DNA of 64,000 nt from Bacteroidales bacterium (GCA_016288655.1 JAEEKX010000043.1:208-64207), one strand, 5' to 3'; positions 53,418 to 63,123 are shown, numbered from the stretch's first letter. Notes: generated from the sequence alone by a model not told the origin. Program-made: numbers and translations.

Positions 53418-56132
53418 TTAGAAATTTTCTCTGAAGTCTTTCTTTTTGTTCCACTTAAGATCTTGCAGTACAGATGCTTTCACGTTGATGGTGAAACTCC
53501 AACCGCGGCGGTTGCCGAAGGGAATCCAGTTGAACCGCATCTCCCAACAGTGCAGGTCGCGGTAGATGTCGAAGGAGGTGTAGGAGAACGACTTCTGGGC
53601 AAAGTCATAGCCAGTGGTGAAGCCGATCTTCCATTTCTTGGTGATATTGAAGTCGCCGCTGATGTTCAAGGTCTGCACGATCCGGCCGGTGTGTGCTCGG
53701 GCGGCGTCCTCTTCGTAAATGCCGTACAGACTGTAGTAGGTGGGGTCGAAATAGAAGTAGGGGTTGTCTTTCACTGTGTAAGCAAATGTGTAACTGAGGG
53801 TTACCGACCAGGGGCTGGAAAAGTCCGGGCGTTTGTTGGGCATGCCGAGCGAGTTCTCCGTGAAGAGTTGCTCCTGCTCCTGCTGCTTCTTTTCACGTTT
53901 CTCCTTCTGTCCTTTGAAATAATCCTGGTTGATGGTCCAGTTCAGACTGATGCTGAGGTCGGAGTTGGAGAAGCGCATGAGCCGGTGGTTGGCCTTCCAT
54001 TCGGTGACGTTGATGCGGCGCCCCTGATCGTTGTAGCAGTAGGGGTCGAAGCCGATGCTGAAGGTGATGTAGAGTTGCTTGAACAGGGTGGTACGGCCGG
54101 AGATGGTGAGCATCGACCAGTTGAGCGAGTCGGCGGCGAAGTCGTAATAGCAGCCGACGGTGAGGTTGTCGAGCAGCACGATCTTCTTCATGCCGGTGAT
54201 GGTGTCCTTGCGCGAACGCACCTTCATCTCCACGTTGTTGGCGATGCTGAGGCGGGCGATGGCGGAGGAGCGGTTGCTCACACCGCCGAACAATGAGGAG
54301 GCAAAGTAGGAGTAAGGAACCATCTCGCCCGTCAGCGTGTTGAAGTACTCGCCATAGGTGTTGCCGCTCAGGTTCGGGGTGTAAGTGAAACTCAACGACG
54401 GCGTCATGACGTGCCGCAACGCCAGCCCCCGCTCCTTTTTCACCTGATACAGGAAGTATATCTTCGTGGTGAGCGTGGTCGCCAGACTGATGTCGTGCAG
54501 GGCGTAGAAGTTGCGCTCCATGATGCGGTTGATGTTCGAGGTGATGACGTTCTCGCTGATGGTCGTGTCGAACTCCTGCCGCTCGCGTTGCAGGTACCAC
54601 TTCTCCGTCAGGTTGATGGTGGTGTTCCAGTTGATCCGTTTCGCGATCTTGATGGGGATGGTGATGGGGATGGAGTGCCGCATGCCCAACTGCATGTTGC
54701 GCCAGGTCTCCGCCCGGAGGATCATGCTGTCTTGCGTGGAAATTTGGTTGATGAGTTGCGACGACCACTGCATCGAGATGTTGTCGTACCACTTCAGATT
54801 GCTCTTGTTCTTCTTGCGGAATGGGTAGAATTGCGCCACCGACATGCTGACATCCGGCAGCGCGATCTCCACCTGCCCCGTGTTGGTGTTCTGGGTGTAT
54901 GAAGCCGTCATATCAACGAAAAACACCCCCTTGGCACTCGTGGAGAGGTTGAGTTTGGAGACGTATTGGTTGGAGAGGTAGTCCTCCACGCTGGAGAGGT
55001 TGTACTTGTTGAAAGTGCTGCTCATGATGTCAATGTGGGCCGAGAAGCGCGTTGTCGGGTGCGACTTGGCGTCTTGTTTGTGCTCCCAATGGATCTTGAA
55101 ATCGTTGGTCGTGTAACGGCTCGGGGTGAACCGCTCGCCGAAGAAGTTCTGGGCGAAACTGAGGTTGATGTTGCCGGTGCACTTGTAGCGGAAGACGTAG
55201 TTGGAACGCAGTTTGACGGCCCAACTTCCGTTGGTGAAGATGTCGCCGCCGATGAACATGTCGAAGTGCTCGCCGATGCCGAAATAATAGCCGAAGTTCT
55301 CAAGGTAGAAGCCGCGGTTGGTGGATTGCCCGAAAGTGGGCATGATGATGCCGTTGCGCCGCCCTTTTTGGATGGGGAAGTAGCCGAAGGGAATGGCCAA
55401 TGGCGTGGGTACCCCGCCGAAACTAAGGTATGCCGGCCCCATCACGATCTTGTCGTCCGGGATGACCTTGGCACGGGTGAAGGCGATCTCGAAATGCGGA
55501 TCGTCGAGTTCGCACGTGGTGTATTTGCCCCGACGGATGAAGGAGGTGTTGTCGTCTAGTTTCTTGACTTTTTCCCCGTGGATATAACCTTCGCCTTCCA
55601 CTGTAATCACGTGACTGATAATGCCTTTAGTGGTTTTAAAGTTGTATTTGATTTCATGTGCCTTGAAGAAGGTCTCGCCCTGCTTGAAGGTGGGATAGCC
55701 GGTGACGCGGCCGGAGGAGTCGGCGATGCCAGTGGCGTACAACTCCTGATTGTCGAACCCGAGTTGGATGAAGTCGGCGCGCAGTTCGAGGTCGTCATAA
55801 TAGACCACCGCGTCACCGAAAAGGTAGGTGGTGCGCTGACGCAGGTCAACGACAATGGAGTCGCGGGCCTCGTAAGTGACCCGCTTTTCAATGGCGCCGT
55901 CGGAGATTTTCTTGTAAATTGTGTCGCCAACGACGACGGAATCGCGCGCGGGCAGCGTGTCAGCCGACGGTTGCACAGCGGTCGTCAACAGCACAGAATC
56001 GCCCGCCAAAGTGCTGTCTATGGGCGTTTCCGGCACGTCCTGGGCCTTTCCAAATACGCATAACAAACTGAAAATCATGGCTATGAAGAGCCGTGACTTA
56101 AATAACAAACGACCGTTGATTATTAATGTCAT
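53418..56132 (-). CDS. lptD: LptD-like outer-membrane LPS-assembly protein (OstA-like N-domain plus large beta-barrel)
   Basis: 904-aa ORF with a signal sequence and an OstA-like segment (LFGDAVVYYDDLELRADFIQLGFDNQELYATG), followed by an aromatic-rich beta-barrel region ending in F. Confidence 0.78.
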   Translation of the reverse strand: MTLIINGRLLFKSRLFIAMIFSLLCVFGKAQDVPETPIDSTLAGDSVLLTTAVQPSADTLPARDSVVVGDTIYKKISDGAIEKRVTYEARDSIVVDLRQRTTYLFGDAVVYYDDLELRADFIQLGFDNQELYATGIADSSGRVTGYPTFKQGETFFKAHEIKYNFKTTKGIISHVITVEGEGYIHGEKVKKLDDNTSFIRRGKYTTCELDDPHFEIAFTRAKVIPDDKIVMGPAYLSFGGVPTPLAIPFGYFPIQKGRRNGIIMPTFGQSTNRGFYLENFGYYFGIGEHFDMFIGGDIFTNGSWAVKLRSNYVFRYKCTGNINLSFAQNFFGERFTPSRYTTNDFKIHWEHKQDAKSHPTTRFSAHIDIMSSTFNKYNLSSVEDYLSNQYVSKLNLSTSAKGVFFVDMTASYTQNTNTGQVEIALPDVSMSVAQFYPFRKKNKSNLKWYDNISMQWSSQLINQISTQDSMILRAETWRNMQLGMRHSIPITIPIKIAKRINWNTTINLTEKWYLQRERQEFDTTISENVITSNINRIMERNFYALHDISLATTLTTKIYFLYQVKKERGLALRHVMTPSLSFTYTPNLSGNTYGEYFNTLTGEMVPYSYFASSLFGGVSNRSSAIARLSIANNVEMKVRSRKDTITGMKKIVLLDNLTVGCYYDFAADSLNWSMLTISGRTTLFKQLYITFSIGFDPYCYNDQGRRINVTEWKANHRLMRFSNSDLSISLNWTINQDYFKGQKEKREKKQQEQEQLFTENSLGMPNKRPDFSSPWSVTLSYTFAYTVKDNPYFYFDPTYYSLYGIYEEDAARAHTGRIVQTLNISGDFNITKKWKIGFTTGYDFAQKSFSYTSFDIYRDLHCWEMRFNWIPFGNRRGWSFTINVKASVLQDLKWNKKKDFRENF

Positions 56133-56161
56133 CTGTGGTTATGCGATTGTCCTTTTTATAA

Positions 56162-56169
56162 TATCTTTG
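56162..56169 (+). promoter_or_regulatory. Bacteroidota sigma-A -7 box (TAnnTTTG)
   Basis: TATCTTTG, 43 nt upstream of ATG 56212. Confidence 0.55.
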
Positions 56170-56186
56170 TACGTTGAAAAAATCTC

Positions 56187-56194
56187 CAAAATTA
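56187..56194 (-). promoter_or_regulatory. Bacteroidota sigma-A -7 box (TAnnTTTG)
   Basis: TAATTTTG on the minus strand, 55 nt upstream of the lptD-like ATG 56132. Back-to-back with the plus-strand box at 56162. Confidence 0.5.
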
Positions 56195-56211
56195 CACAAA
56201 ATTCGCCCATT

Positions 56212-57420
56212 ATGAACAAAAAAATTTGGTTTTTATTATTTGCGATCTCCGCTTTCTTCATCACGGCCGCCTATCCGCAGGCCAAGGATGGCATCAAGAA
56301 GGTGGTCATCGACGCCGGACACGGCGGCAAAGACGCCGGCGCCATCGGCAGCAAGGGCAAGGAGAAAGACGTCACCCTCGCCGTCGCCCTCGAAGTGGGC
56401 AAGCGAATCAAGGAAAAATGTCCCGATGTGGAGGTCTATTATACCCGCACTGCCGACACCTACCCCAAACTTGAAGAACGGAGCAAGTTCGCCAACAGCA
56501 AACACGCCGATCTCTTCATCTCCATCCACTGCAACTCCAACACCAACCACGCCGCCCACGGCGTCGAGACCTACGTTATGGGCCTCCACAAGACCGAGAG
56601 CAACCTCGCCGTCGCCCGCCGTGAGAACGCCTCCATGCTCCTCGAGGACGACTACAAGACCACCTACGGCAACTTCGACCCCAACTCGCCCGAATCCTAC
56701 ATCATCTTCTCCCTCTACTCCAACGCCTACCTTGACCGCTCCGCCAAACTCGCCGCTAAGGTGCAGAACAACCTCGTGAAAACCACCGGTTTCACCGACC
56801 GCAAGGTGCAACAGGCCGGCTTCTGGGTGCTCCACTCCGTCGCCATGCCCAGCATCCTCATTGAACTCGGCTTCATCTCCAACCCCGAAGAGGAGGCCAA
56901 ACTCCTCAACGCCGACTTCCAGAAAAAACTCGCGGAGTCTATCGCCTCGGCGTTTGAGGCATACAAAAACGAGGCCGAGAACAAAGCCCCTGCCAACACC
57001 GACAAGGATAAGAACAACGCTGAGCAACAACCTGCCGCGGAGAATAAGCCCGCAGAAGAACAGAAACCTGCCGACAACACCAAACCTGCCGAACCGCAGA
57101 AACCAGCAGAAGATTTGAAACCAGTGGAGAATCAGAAGCCCACGAGCAACGTCAATGACGCTGGAGTCCGCTATAAAGTGCAATTCTACGCCTCCAAGGA
57201 GAATCTTTCCACTAACCATCAGAAATTCGCCGGTCTGCAAAAAGTCGGCAAATACTTCGAAAATAACCTCTGGAAATACACCTCCGGCGACGAACTCACC
57301 TACGAAAGCGTGCAGAAAATCCTCAAAAGCGTGAAAGAGAAATTCCCGGACGCCTTCGTCATCGCCTTCAAAGACGGCAATAAGATCCCCTTGGCCGACG
57401 CCCGCAAACTCCAACCATGA
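56212..57420 (+). CDS. N-acetylmuramoyl-L-alanine amidase (Amidase_3) with a C-terminal SPOR domain
   Basis: Start re-called to ATG 56212 (signal peptide MNKKIWFLLFAISAFFITAAYPQ). Motifs VIDAGHGGKDAGA, SIHCNS, GVETYV. KPAE-rich linker. SPOR-like RYKVQFYAS...FVIAFKDG. Confidence 0.92.
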   Translation: MNKKIWFLLFAISAFFITAAYPQAKDGIKKVVIDAGHGGKDAGAIGSKGKEKDVTLAVALEVGKRIKEKCPDVEVYYTRTADTYPKLEERSKFANSKHADLFISIHCNSNTNHAAHGVETYVMGLHKTESNLAVARRENASMLLEDDYKTTYGNFDPNSPESYIIFSLYSNAYLDRSAKLAAKVQNNLVKTTGFTDRKVQQAGFWVLHSVAMPSILIELGFISNPEEEAKLLNADFQKKLAESIASAFEAYKNEAENKAPANTDKDKNNAEQQPAAENKPAEEQKPADNTKPAEPQKPAEDLKPVENQKPTSNVNDAGVRYKVQFYASKENLSTNHQKFAGLQKVGKYFENNLWKYTSGDELTYESVQKILKSVKEKFPDAFVIAFKDGNKIPLADARKLQP

Positions 57421-57467
57421 TATTGCCTTTTTTTCCGTGACAATCGTGCAGAATCGAAAAATTCATG

Positions 57468-57475
57468 TACCTTTG
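57468..57475 (+). promoter_or_regulatory. Bacteroidota sigma-A -7 box (TAnnTTTG)
   Basis: TACCTTTG, 24 nt upstream of ATG 57499. Confidence 0.65.
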
Positions 57476-57498
57476 CAGTTGAATAAAAACCTACGATT

Positions 57499-57882
57499 AT
57501 GGCAGAAACAAAGACAGTGAGATATTCCGATGAGGAATTGGCAGAATTCAAAGCCCTGATAGAGAAAAAGTTGAAAGAGGCTCGCGAGGGCTTGGAAGTC
57601 TATATGGACGCTTGCGAAAATGCGGGCAATGACACCACCGACACCTCCCCGACCTTCAAAAACCTTGAAGAGGGCAGTCAGGTGCTCGCCAAAGAGGAGA
57701 ATGCCCAGCAGGCCGCCCGCCTATACAAGTACATCAAGAACTTGGAGGCCGCCCTCATGCGCATCGAAAATAAGACCTACGGCATCTGCCGCGTCACTGG
57801 CAAACTCATCCCCAAAGAGCGCCTCATGAGCGTTCCTCATGCCACCATGTGCATTGAGGCCAAGTTGGAATCCAAAAAATAG
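57499..57882 (+). CDS. DksA/TraR-family C4-type zinc-finger protein
   Basis: 127-aa ORF with a coiled-coil N-terminal part and C-terminal CRVTGKLIPKERLMSVPHATMC. Confidence 0.85.
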   Translation: MAETKTVRYSDEELAEFKALIEKKLKEAREGLEVYMDACENAGNDTTDTSPTFKNLEEGSQVLAKEENAQQAARLYKYIKNLEAALMRIENKTYGICRVTGKLIPKERLMSVPHATMCIEAKLESKK

Positions 57883-57890
57883 AGTTTCCA

Positions 57891-58598
57891 GTGAATAAGC
57901 AGAAAAAACTCGCCATCGTCGCTGCTGCGATTGTGGTGGTCTGTGTGTGCATTGACCAGATCATCAAGATCTGGGTCAAATCCCACATGGGAATCGGCCA
58001 AACCCTTCCCGTGTTGGGCGAGTGGTTCAACCTGCACTTCGTGGAGAACCCCGGCATGGCCTTCGGACTCAGTTTCGGCGACAATCTCGGGAAACTCGCC
58101 CTCTCCCTTCTCCGCATCGCTGTGGTGGGCTATCTCATCTACTTCTTGGTTAAAAGACTTAAAAACAACGAAATAGGCACCCTTGCCGTCTGCTTCCTGT
58201 CGCTGATCGTCGCCGGTGCCCTCGGCAACATCATCGACTCCGCCTTCTACGGCATCGCCTACGGGTACGCCCCCTTCATGTACGGGCGCGTGGTTGATAT
58301 GTTCTACATCCAACTCTTCCGCATCCCCGACTGGTTCCCCGGCTTCGGTGGACAGTACTTCTTCCCCGCCGTCTTCAACTTCGCGGACGCCTGCGTCACC
58401 GTCGGCATCTTCGCGATGATCATCTTCTACAAACGCCTCTTCAATAATGAAAAGCAAGAGGAAGAGGCAGAAACGGAAGAAAACTCCAATGCGGAAAACG
58501 GCGGAACTCCGATGGAAGATGAAAAGGGCGGTGAAATGATGGAGGCCGCCGACAATGCGGAATCCTCCGCCGACAATGGCGAATCCCTTGTGGAATAA
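57891..58598 (+). CDS. lspA: Lipoprotein signal peptidase (signal peptidase II)
   Basis: GTG start 9 nt after the preceding stop. Motifs FVENPGMAFG and FNFADA. About 53 aa of acidic low-complexity C-terminal tail. Confidence 0.9.
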   Translation: MNKQKKLAIVAAAIVVVCVCIDQIIKIWVKSHMGIGQTLPVLGEWFNLHFVENPGMAFGLSFGDNLGKLALSLLRIAVVGYLIYFLVKRLKNNEIGTLAVCFLSLIVAGALGNIIDSAFYGIAYGYAPFMYGRVVDMFYIQLFRIPDWFPGFGGQYFFPAVFNFADACVTVGIFAMIIFYKRLFNNEKQEEEAETEENSNAENGGTPMEDEKGGEMMEAADNAESSADNGESLVE

Positions 58599-58610
58599 GT
58601 CAATAAGTCG

Positions 58611-59024
58611 CTATTCGTCCAACACAGTCATCACCCGCTGCTTGTCTCGGGTGACGAACGCGCCGGAGTACATTCCACGCAATTTCAATAAAATGCTGTA
58701 GGCCTCGTGCCGGGTGCTGAAGTAGCCGACCCTCACCTTGAAATTGGGTTCTTGGAAGGTGCTGTACGCTTCGGCTGGAATGCCCTGCCCCTGCAGGTAA
58801 CTGTTGAGCGATGCCACCGCCGCGCGCGCCTTCTCCCCGGAATCCTCTCCGGAATAGGCAATAACTTGTATCACAAAAACTTCCACTTTTCCAACGCGCT
58901 GGCATGCCTCCTTGTACTTCTGCTCCGTCGCACTCACCGACTCCTCGACATCATAACGCACGTTCTGCCCCCACAGTAGCGCCGGTAGCAAAAACAGAGC
59001 TGGTATGAGTATCTTTTTCATCAT
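58611..59024 (-). CDS. SPOR-domain lipoprotein/secreted protein
   Basis: 137-aa ORF with a signal peptide (MMKKILIPALFLLPALLWGQ) and a SPOR-like core (FVIQVIAYS...FKVRVGYFSTRHEA). Confidence 0.78.
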   Translation of the reverse strand: MMKKILIPALFLLPALLWGQNVRYDVEESVSATEQKYKEACQRVGKVEVFVIQVIAYSGEDSGEKARAAVASLNSYLQGQGIPAEAYSTFQEPNFKVRVGYFSTRHEAYSILLKLRGMYSGAFVTRDKQRVMTVLDE

Positions 59025-59030
59025 TGCTAA

Positions 59031-61088
59031 CTACTTTTGGTGTTTTTTCTGGTATGCCTCGATGCCTCGGTTCAGGAACTCCATGTACTTCTTCGCATCC
59101 AGTTCGTAGTAGGTGGGACCGGCCAGCACGGAGCCGTCTTCATCGATGATGAAATAGCACGGCTGTGAGTTCTCCTTGTACAACTTTTGGCTGATGTACA
59201 TGTTTTTCTTTCCTAACATGGTGATATCCTTGCCGTTGTCATCTTTGATGCGGTCTTCGGGCAGCAGTTCGATGGTCTTGTCATCCACGTACAGGGCCGT
59301 CATGACGAATTCTTCCGAGAATTTCTTGCGGATGTCGGGATCTCTCCAGACCTTCGCTTCCACGTGGCGGCAGTTGGTGCAGCCGTGCCCGGTGAAGTCG
59401 ATGAAGACGGGCTTGTGGATCTGTTTCGACACGCGGAGCGCCTGGTCGTAATCGAAATAGCCGTGCAGACCGTGGGGCAACTCCAATTGTCCGGCATAGT
59501 GGGGATCCTCCGCCTTTCCGCGCTCCTTATCGACAAGCGCGAACGTGGTCTCTTCGCGCACCACCTTGTGGGCGTCGAAGTCGTGGGTCTCGATCGGCGG
59601 CAGCCAGCCGGAAATGGCGTTCAACGGCGCACCGAACATGCCCGGGATCATATAGACTACGAAGGCAAATACGAAAATGGAGGTGGTGAAGCGGACCCAA
59701 CTCTTCTGCACCGGCATCTCCGGGTCGGCGGGAAAGCGCAACTTGCCGATGAGGTAGAAGCCCATCATCGAGAACAGCACGATCCAGAAGGCCAGATAGA
59801 CTTCACGGTCCAAAATGCCCCAGTGGTAGGTCTGGTCGGGCACGTTGATGAATTTCAGGGCGAAGGCCAACTCGATGAAAGCCAACACTACCTTCAACGT
59901 GTTCATCCAACTTCCCGATTTCGGGGTGCTTTTTAGCAGGCCGGGGAAAAGGGCGAAAAGCGTGAAAGGCACGGCAATACCTAACGAGAAGCCCAACATG
60001 CCGATGATCGGCTTCAATAGGGAGCCGCCTGCGGCATTCAGGGCCACGGCGCCCGCAATCGGCAGGGTGCAGGAAAACGATACCAGCACCAACGTCAGCG
60101 CCATGAAAAACACGCCCACCAGGCCTCCTTTGCTCTCGCTTTTGGCCGACTTGTTCACCCATTTGCTGGGCAGCGTGATCTCGAAATAACCCAGCATGGA
60201 GATGGCGAAAATCACAAAGATAATGGCGAAGATGACGTTGAGCACCCAGCCCGTGGCTAATTCGTTGGCCGCCCCGGGGCCGAAGGCCACCGCGAAGACG
60301 ATGCCCAACAGCACGAAGATGGCCACGATGGAAAGCCCATAGACGAGCGCGTACATCTTCCCTTTCGCCCCCTGTTTGGTGAAGTAGGAGACCGTCATCG
60401 GAATCATCGGGAAGACGCAAGGCATGAGCAGGCCGAGCAGGCCGGCGCCAATGGAGGTGAGGAAATACCACCACATCGACTCATCCTCTTCCTTGTCTTT
60501 CACTTTGGATTGTTTCACCGTGGGTTGCAAACTCTTCTCCTTCTCAGCGTTGTTGAGTGTCTTTTCAGCTTCTTCCTCCACGGGAACGACTTCTACGCTC
60601 TTCCCCACACTCTCCGTGGCTTTTCCCTCAAAGGGCTTGATGGTGAACAGGAAATGCTCTTCAATCTGCTTGCAAGTGCCTATATTGCAGGTCTGTCCCT
60701 CCAATACGCCTTTGATCTTGAACTCCTTCGTCGGGTCTGTGATGGCGATCTTCTGGGAGAAGGTCACCTTGTTCTCAAAGTAGTAGTAGGTGGTGTTCAT
60801 CAGGGTGTCTATACCCTGTTTGGCTTTCGGCTCCGTGGGTTTGCCGACAAGTTTGTAATCCTTTGATGCAGTGAAGTTAAAGGAGGTCGGGATCTCAAAT
60901 CCATCCCCGTGTTTGATGGCGAAGATGTGCCAATCTTTCTGGATGGTGGCAGTGAACTGCAATGTCGCCTCCGTGGCGCTGGTCTGTTTGACAGTGTAAC
61001 GCCATTTCACGGGTTTTTCCGGAGTTTGTGAAAATGCCGAAACGCACGTTGTCACGCATAGTAAAATCAGCAAAAGTGCTCTTTTCAT
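59031..61088 (-). CDS. dsbD: Thiol:disulfide interchange protein DsbD-like
   Basis: Start re-called to ATG 61088 (signal peptide MKRALLLILLCVTTCVSAFSQ). N-terminal DsbD-alpha-like domain, multi-TM core with CVFPMIP, and a C-terminal thioredoxin fold with GCTNC. Confidence 0.87.
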   Translation of the reverse strand: MKRALLLILLCVTTCVSAFSQTPEKPVKWRYTVKQTSATEATLQFTATIQKDWHIFAIKHGDGFEIPTSFNFTASKDYKLVGKPTEPKAKQGIDTLMNTTYYYFENKVTFSQKIAITDPTKEFKIKGVLEGQTCNIGTCKQIEEHFLFTIKPFEGKATESVGKSVEVVPVEEEAEKTLNNAEKEKSLQPTVKQSKVKDKEEDESMWWYFLTSIGAGLLGLLMPCVFPMIPMTVSYFTKQGAKGKMYALVYGLSIVAIFVLLGIVFAVAFGPGAANELATGWVLNVIFAIIFVIFAISMLGYFEITLPSKWVNKSAKSESKGGLVGVFFMALTLVLVSFSCTLPIAGAVALNAAGGSLLKPIIGMLGFSLGIAVPFTLFALFPGLLKSTPKSGSWMNTLKVVLAFIELAFALKFINVPDQTYHWGILDREVYLAFWIVLFSMMGFYLIGKLRFPADPEMPVQKSWVRFTTSIFVFAFVVYMIPGMFGAPLNAISGWLPPIETHDFDAHKVVREETTFALVDKERGKAEDPHYAGQLELPHGLHGYFDYDQALRVSKQIHKPVFIDFTGHGCTNCRHVEAKVWRDPDIRKKFSEEFVMTALYVDDKTIELLPEDRIKDDNGKDITMLGKKNMYISQKLYKENSQPCYFIIDEDGSVLAGPTYYELDAKKYMEFLNRGIEAYQKKHQK

Positions 61089-61108
61089 ATTCTTTGGAAT
61101 TGGAACTG

Positions 61109-61116
61109 CAAAAATA
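61109..61116 (-). promoter_or_regulatory. Bacteroidota sigma-A -7 box (TAnnTTTG)
   Basis: TATTTTTG on the minus strand, 21 nt upstream of ATG 61088. Confidence 0.6.
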
Positions 61117-61237
61117 CGATTTTCCGCCAATCCACACGCAAGAAAGGCGAAAATTCAATGACATCTTTCTCACTGCTTCTACCCAATCTCCCGCCTCTAT
61201 ACCTTTGCCCCTAAAACCTAACACCTGTAACCTAAAA

Positions 61238-62521
61238 TCACAGCCGGTCGTCGAACATGCCCTTGGGCAGGATGCCCTTGACATCATACACCACGCCGTT
61301 GTCGATACGGAGGAAGCGGCGGACGTCGGTGTTCTTGAACTCGTTGTGGGCGACGGCCAAGATGACGGCATCGAACTGGCCCTCCAGCGACCGCATGTCG
61401 CCTCCAGTGGTCCTGACGCCATACTCGCGCTCCACATTGTCGCTGTTGGCCCACGGGTCGTAAATAGTGATGTTGGCGGTATATTCCCGCAGGGTGGAGA
61501 AGATGTCGATGACGCGGGTGTTGCGGATGTCGGGGCAGTTCTCCTTGAAGGTGAAGCCGAGGATGAGTATCCGGGCGTCTTTCACCAGCACGCCCTTCTT
61601 GTTCATGGCCTGGATGGTACGGTTGGCCACGTAGTCGCCCATGCCGTCGTTGAGGCGGCGGGCGGCCGACATCACGCGCGGCAGCACACCATAGACTTGT
61701 GCCTTCTGTATCAGGTAGTAGGGATCCACGCTGATGCAGTGACCACCCACCAAGCCGGGCTGCAGCTTGATGAAGTTCCACTTCGACGAGGCGGCTTCGA
61801 TGACGTCGTGGGTGTCGATGCCCATGGCGTTGAAAATCTTCGCCAACTCGTTCATGAAGGCAATGTTCACGTCGCGTTGCGAGTTCTCGATGATTTTGGA
61901 GGCCTCCGCCACCTTGATGGAACTGGCCTTGTGGGTTCCGTTCACGAGCACGCTGTTGTAGAGCCGATCCACGTAGTCGGCGATCTCCGGAGTGGAACCC
62001 GAAGTCACCTTCTTGATCTTCTCCACGGTGTGCTCCTTGTCGCCTGGGTTGATGCGCTCGGGCGAATAGCCGGCGTAGAAGTCGGTGTTGAATTTCAGCC
62101 CCGACACCTTTTCGACCACGGGCAGGCACTCCTCCTCTGTGACGCCGGGATAGACGGTGGATTCGTAGATGACGATGTCACCCTGGGAAATCACCTTGCC
62201 CACGGTGGTGCTGGCGCCGATGAGCGGCGACAGGTCGGGAGTGTTCTTGTTGTCCACCGGGGTGGGGACGGCCACGATATAGACGTTGCAGTCGCGGATT
62301 TCTTCGATGTTGTCGGTGCAGCGGAAGCCGTTGGCGATGGCGGCTTGCAGCAGTTCGTCGCTTACCTCGCGGGTGGCGTCATGACCTTGCATAAGCCCCT
62401 GCACGCGGGCACTGTTCATGTCGTAGCCGATAGTGGGGAAACGGGTGGAGAACAGACGGGCTAACGGCAGTCCGACGTAACCAAGTCCGATGACGGCGAT
62501 GCGGGTGTTTTCTATGGTCAT
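61238..62521 (-). CDS. Nucleotide-sugar (UDP-N-acetyl-hexosamine) 6-dehydrogenase, TviB/WbpO/CapL-like
   Basis: 427-aa ORF. N-terminal IAVIGLGYVGLPLA Rossmann motif and the catalytic Cys segment GGHCISVDP. Confidence 0.9.
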   Translation of the reverse strand: MTIENTRIAVIGLGYVGLPLARLFSTRFPTIGYDMNSARVQGLMQGHDATREVSDELLQAAIANGFRCTDNIEEIRDCNVYIVAVPTPVDNKNTPDLSPLIGASTTVGKVISQGDIVIYESTVYPGVTEEECLPVVEKVSGLKFNTDFYAGYSPERINPGDKEHTVEKIKKVTSGSTPEIADYVDRLYNSVLVNGTHKASSIKVAEASKIIENSQRDVNIAFMNELAKIFNAMGIDTHDVIEAASSKWNFIKLQPGLVGGHCISVDPYYLIQKAQVYGVLPRVMSAARRLNDGMGDYVANRTIQAMNKKGVLVKDARILILGFTFKENCPDIRNTRVIDIFSTLREYTANITIYDPWANSDNVEREYGVRTTGGDMRSLEGQFDAVILAVAHNEFKNTDVRRFLRIDNGVVYDVKGILPKGMFDDRL

Positions 62522-62554
62522 GGGTGACGAATTGATTTGGATGGGGTGGGATGA

Positions 62555-62591
62555 TAAAAAAAAGCGACTGTGGAAGCCACAGTCTCTTTTT
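62555..62591 (-). terminator. Intrinsic (bidirectional-looking) terminator after exbD
   Basis: GACTGTGG-AAG-CCACAGTC, flanked by an A-run and a T-run. Confidence 0.75.
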
Positions 62592-62610
62592 ATGAATGGG
62601 AAGGAAAGGA

Positions 62611-63111
62611 TTATTTGCCTCTCTTTACTTCCTTTTTGGTTGCATACTGAATCTTGAGCGCGTTTTTCTTACGCAACGCCAACTTCAACTGGTTGACGGC
62701 GGTCATTCGCGTGTTGTTGTCGATTTTCAAGTAGTAGGTGATCTTGTCGGGATCCTCGTTCTTGAGGGCACTGGCGTCGCGGGAACTCTGCACGAACTCA
62801 TCAACGGCGGTCTTCAGGCCTTCATCCGTGGTGGAGGCAGCCAGCTTGTCATTGAACTGGATGGAGACGGCGTTGTCGAGCAGGGCGGCACCTTGTACGG
62901 TGGGTTCGCCCATATAGACGGTGTAGGAGTTCTTCTTGTCCAACTTTTGGTACTCCGTGGCGGTCGGTTCAGTGAACTTCACTTTCGCCTCACTCTCACG
63001 CATGGTGGTAATCACCATGAAGAAGAAGAGGAACATGAAGATGATATCGGACATGGAACCCGTGTTGAGTTCCGGTACTTCCTTTTTCCCGTTTTTCTTA
63101 AAACGTGACAT
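62611..63111 (-). CDS. exbD: Biopolymer transport protein ExbD/TolR
   Basis: 166-aa ORF. N-terminal basic segment plus TM (MSDIIFMFLFFFMVITT) typical of ExbD. Confidence 0.87.
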   Translation of the reverse strand: MSRFKKNGKKEVPELNTGSMSDIIFMFLFFFMVITTMRESEAKVKFTEPTATEYQKLDKKNSYTVYMGEPTVQGAALLDNAVSIQFNDKLAASTTDEGLKTAVDEFVQSSRDASALKNEDPDKITYYLKIDNNTRMTAVNQLKLALRKKNALKIQYATKKEVKRGK

Positions 63112-63123
63112 AATATTCGGGTA

